Part shown: piece after piece, positions 24,065-26,655 of the stretch
How positions within the stretch are numbered: position 1 is the first letter of the stretch
How the letters are laid out: the number at the start of each line of letters is the position of its first letter
Notes under the pieces: generated by a model
Told to the model about the DNA's origin: nothing
What the model saw: the letters and a program-made list of their open reading frames with translations, nothing else
Databases searched by the model: none
DNA from: an archaeon
GTDB lineage: Archaea > Undinarchaeota > Undinarchaeia > Undinarchaeales > Naiadarchaeaceae
DNA: 26,655 nt
NCBI GenBank assembly: GCA_037442905.1
Contig: JBBIPJ010000001.1
Location: 1 to 26,655, forward strand
Reading direction: 5' to 3'
Program-made: the position numbers and the translations under genes

Positions 24065-24718
24065 ATGAGAGAAGGGCTGAAAATTTTAAAATATAAAAAA
24101 CGGGTTGAATTAAAAAGCGGGCACGATACTTTTTCAGTTTATGACCCTGCAAAAATTTTTGTAAATGGCTATTGGGATTATATGGGAGTTTTTCCCGAGT
24201 TAAATAATGCAAAAAATATTTTGCTGCTTGGAATTGGCTGCGGCACTATATCAAGAATAATTTTAAATTTTTTTCCAGATGTAAAAATTGATGGAGTGGA
24301 TAATGATTCTGATATTATAGAAACAGCCAAGAAATATTTCGCGCTTGAAAAACAAAATGTAAATGTTTTTATAAAAGATGCTCAGGAATTTCTGGAAAAT
24401 TCTAAAAGCAACTATGACTTGATTTTGCTTGATACTTTTGTGGAGCTTGATATCCCAATGCATTTAACTACTGATAGCTTTTTTAAAATGGTGAAATCCC
24501 ACTTAATTGAAAAAGGAATTTTTTGCATAAATGTTGCAAAAAGCGAGTTCGCAGAAGAAGTTGCAGCATCGCTTGCTGAAGTTTTTCAGAATGTTTATCT
24601 GCTAACAGCTTTTAACACATTGAATACGGAAATTGTTGCGTCTGATTCTGAGCTGGATTTTGAGAGGCTAAAAAAATTTTCAGGGCTGGGGGAGTTTGAG
24701 GCGAAAAAATTGATATAG
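24065..24718 (+). CDS. Spermidine-synthase-like class I SAM-dependent methyltransferase
   Basis: ILLLGIGCGT, DGVDND, DAQEFL, YDLILLDTF, GIFCIN. Confidence 0.75.
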   Translation: MREGLKILKYKKRVELKSGHDTFSVYDPAKIFVNGYWDYMGVFPELNNAKNILLLGIGCGTISRIILNFFPDVKIDGVDNDSDIIETAKKYFALEKQNVNVFIKDAQEFLENSKSNYDLILLDTFVELDIPMHLTTDSFFKMVKSHLIEKGIFCINVAKSEFAEEVAASLAEVFQNVYLLTAFNTLNTEIVASDSELDFERLKKFSGLGEFEAKKLI

Positions 24719-24719
24719 T

Positions 24720-24731
24720 AAACCTTATATA
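24720..24731 (+). promoter_or_regulatory. Putative BRE/TATA promoter of the thermosome gene
   Basis: AAACCTTATATA immediately after the methyltransferase stop; AAGGAG RBS at 24853-24858. Confidence 0.5.
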
Positions 24732-24766
24732 GTACCTCTAGCAGATTAAATTCCACTTCTAATAAA

Positions 24767-24838
24767 TTAAGTAGCGAGTATCGAGATTCGAGAAAAGAGT
24801 CCCGCATCCCCAGTCCCTAATCCCCAATCCCCCAACCA
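24767..24838. repeat. Degenerate 7-bp periodic array in the thermosome leader
   Basis: gcgagta tcgagat tcgagaa aa gagtccc gcatccc cagtccc taatccc caatccc. Confidence 0.8.
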
Positions 24839-24863
24839 TATTCACAAATTTCAAGGAGATAAA

Positions 24864-26543
24864 ATGGTAAATTACGGAGGCGATGCAAGAATGGCACAAT
24901 TGGGAGGACAGCCAATTTTAATTCTATCCGAGGGTTCAAGGAGAACTACAGGCAGAGATGCTCAGCGAATGAACATAACAGCAGGAAGAGTTGTTGCCGA
25001 GTCTGTAAGAACAACTTTGGGCCCTAAAGGAATGGATAAGATGCTTGTTGATAATCTTGGAGATGTTGTTATTACAAATGATGGTGCTACAATTTTAGGC
25101 GAAATGGATATACAGCATCCAGCAGCTAAAATGCTTGTTGAGGTTTCAAAGGCGCAGGAAGATGAGGTTGGAGATGGAACAACAACAGCAGTTGTAATTG
25201 CTGGCGAACTTTTAAAGCGCGCAGAGGATCTTTTAGATCAGGAAATTCATCCAACAGTTATTGTTCGCGGCTATAAATTGGGAAATGAAAAAGCCCAGGA
25301 AGTTTTGTCAAAAATTGGAGAAAATGTTTCTTCTGATGACAGAAAAACTTTAGAAAAAATTGCAATAACCGCAATGACAGGAAAATCTGCTGAAAGGGCG
25401 CGCGAACCCTTAGCAAGATTGGCTGTTGATGCTGTTTTAAGAGTTGCGGATAAAGTTGATGGAAAATTAAAAATTGACAAAGATAATGTTAAGGTTGAGA
25501 AAAAACAGGGCGGTTCAACAGATGATTCTGAATTAATTCTTGGAGTTATAATTGATAAGGAAAGGGTACACTCAGGAATGGCAGAGCAAGTGAAGAATGC
25601 AAAAATCGCACTTTTAGACGCTGCAATTGAAATAAAAGAAACAGAAACAGATGCTGAAATCCAGATTACAGACCCCAAAAAACTCAAAGACTTTTTAGAC
25701 CAAGAAGAGAAAATGCTAAAGGACATGGTTGAAAAAGTAAAAAAGAGCGGAGCTAATGTTTTGTTCTGCCAGAAAGGAATTGATGATGTTGCTCAACATT
25801 ATTTGGCAAAAGCCGGAGTTTTTGCAGTTCGCAGAGTAAAAAAGAGTGACATGGAAAAACTTGCGAGAGCAACTAATGCAAGAATCGTATCAAGCCTTGA
25901 GGATTTATCAGAGAAGGATTTGGGGCATGCAGGAAATGTTGAAGAGAGAAAAATCGCAGGTGAAAAAATGGTTTTTGTAACAGACTGCAAAAATCCAAAA
26001 GCTGTTTCAATTTTAATCCGCGGAGGGACAGAGCATGTTGTTGATGAGGTTAACAGAGCATTGGACGATGCAATTGGAGGAGTTGCGGCTGCTCTTGAAG
26101 TTGGAAAAATTGTTGCAGGCGGAGGTGCAGTTGAGATGGAAGTTGCAAAGTACATAAGAGATTATGCACAGCAGGTTGGCGGAAGAGAGCAGCTTGCTTT
26201 GAGCGCTTTTGCAGATGCAATTGAAAGCATTCCAAGAGCATTGGCAGAAAATGCCGGATTAGATCCAATTGATATTTTAGTTAATTTGCGCTCTGCTCAT
26301 GAAAAATCTGGAAATAAGTGGGTTGGAATAGATGTATTTGATGGAAAAACAAAGAACATGTATGAGTTTGGAGTTATTGAGCCTTTGAAAATTAAAACAC
26401 AGGCAATTAAGTCTGCCTCGGAAGCCGCAGAAATGATTTTGCGCATAGATGATGTTATTTCTGCAAAATCTACAGGCGGGGGTGCTCCTGGAGGCGCTCC
26501 TGGAGGAATGCCTGGCGGAGAGGAAGGCGGGGAATACGAATAA
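24864..26543 (+). CDS. ths: Thermosome (group II chaperonin) subunit
   Basis: [57 protein letters not shown], Gly-rich tail. Confidence 0.97.
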   Translation: MVNYGGDARMAQLGGQPILILSEGSRRTTGRDAQRMNITAGRVVAESVRTTLGPKGMDKMLVDNLGDVVITNDGATILGEMDIQHPAAKMLVEVSKAQEDEVGDGTTTAVVIAGELLKRAEDLLDQEIHPTVIVRGYKLGNEKAQEVLSKIGENVSSDDRKTLEKIAITAMTGKSAERAREPLARLAVDAVLRVADKVDGKLKIDKDNVKVEKKQGGSTDDSELILGVIIDKERVHSGMAEQVKNAKIALLDAAIEIKETETDAEIQITDPKKLKDFLDQEEKMLKDMVEKVKKSGANVLFCQKGIDDVAQHYLAKAGVFAVRRVKKSDMEKLARATNARIVSSLEDLSEKDLGHAGNVEERKIAGEKMVFVTDCKNPKAVSILIRGGTEHVVDEVNRALDDAIGGVAAALEVGKIVAGGGAVEMEVAKYIRDYAQQVGGREQLALSAFADAIESIPRALAENAGLDPIDILVNLRSAHEKSGNKWVGIDVFDGKTKNMYEFGVIEPLKIKTQAIKSASEAAEMILRIDDVISAKSTGGGAPGGAPGGMPGGEEGGEYE

Positions 26544-26566
26544 AGGCGCTGTGAAATCAAATTAAG

Positions 26567-26655
26567 TTTGTAGTAAGTAGTTTGTGGTGCGTTATGCGTA
26601 ATGCGTGGTGCGTAAAAAATGGTTATGGGTTATGGGTAATGAGTTATGAGTTCGG
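26567..26655. repeat. Degenerate 7-bp periodic array (runs off the window)
   Basis: tttgtag taagtag tttgtgg tgcgtta tgcgtaa tgcgtgg tgcgtaa ... tgggtta tgggtaa tgagtta tgagttc. Confidence 0.75.

Noticed and set aside
26465-26530. GC-rich repeats at the thermosome 3' end
   Set aside because: They encode the usual Gly/Met/Pro-rich chaperonin tail.
58-26543. Apparent abundance of GCGC/GCGCGC words in an AT-rich sequence
   Set aside because: This is an impression only. It may reflect Ala/Arg codon preference and needs a Markov-corrected k-mer count.
360-26560. Many antisense or alternate-frame ORFs in the track (e.g. 360-797, 13648-14265, 25271-25726)
   Set aside because: They overlap well-supported genes and show no recognisable motifs; they are shadow ORFs.

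Overview
This is an AT-rich archaeal chromosome segment (S17e, Nop5, fibrillarin, thermosome, G1P dehydrogenase, TATA-type promoters). The gene content would fit a DPANN-type lineage that still makes its own lipids, such as Undinarchaeota, but that placement is inference only. Gene order: 3' half of a tRNA (probably His), hisS, a wHTH-MNT/HEPN pair with a frameshifted MNT, a PIN-domain ATPase (PINA), a degenerate Mrr-like protein, a two-gene DUF318 permease, a CBS protein and a membrane protein. Next come a kbl-tdh-(C2HC zinc finger/acetyltransferase) operon and, divergent from it, a contiguous cluster for the lower mevalonate pathway and ether lipids (MVD-family decarboxylase, mvk, ipk, fni, DGGGP synthase, egsA, GGGP synthase) followed by dph6. 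The window ends with four orphan ORFs, pyrH, rps17e, nop5, an inserted HTH-PD-(D/E)xK nuclease, flpA, an HTH regulator, a SAM methyltransferase and the thermosome. The most notable signals are non-coding or structural. (1) A candidate C/D-box guide sRNA whose D guide predicts 2'-O-methylation of 16S C1402. (2) Families of REP-like hairpins with compensatory base changes. (3) Three insertions, each flanked by a duplicated gene terminus (PINA 3' end, egsA 5' end, flpA 5' end). (4) Four degenerate 7-bp periodic arrays. (5) An acetyltransferase with a MYST-like C2HC finger. All alignments and counts were done by hand and no database searches were run.
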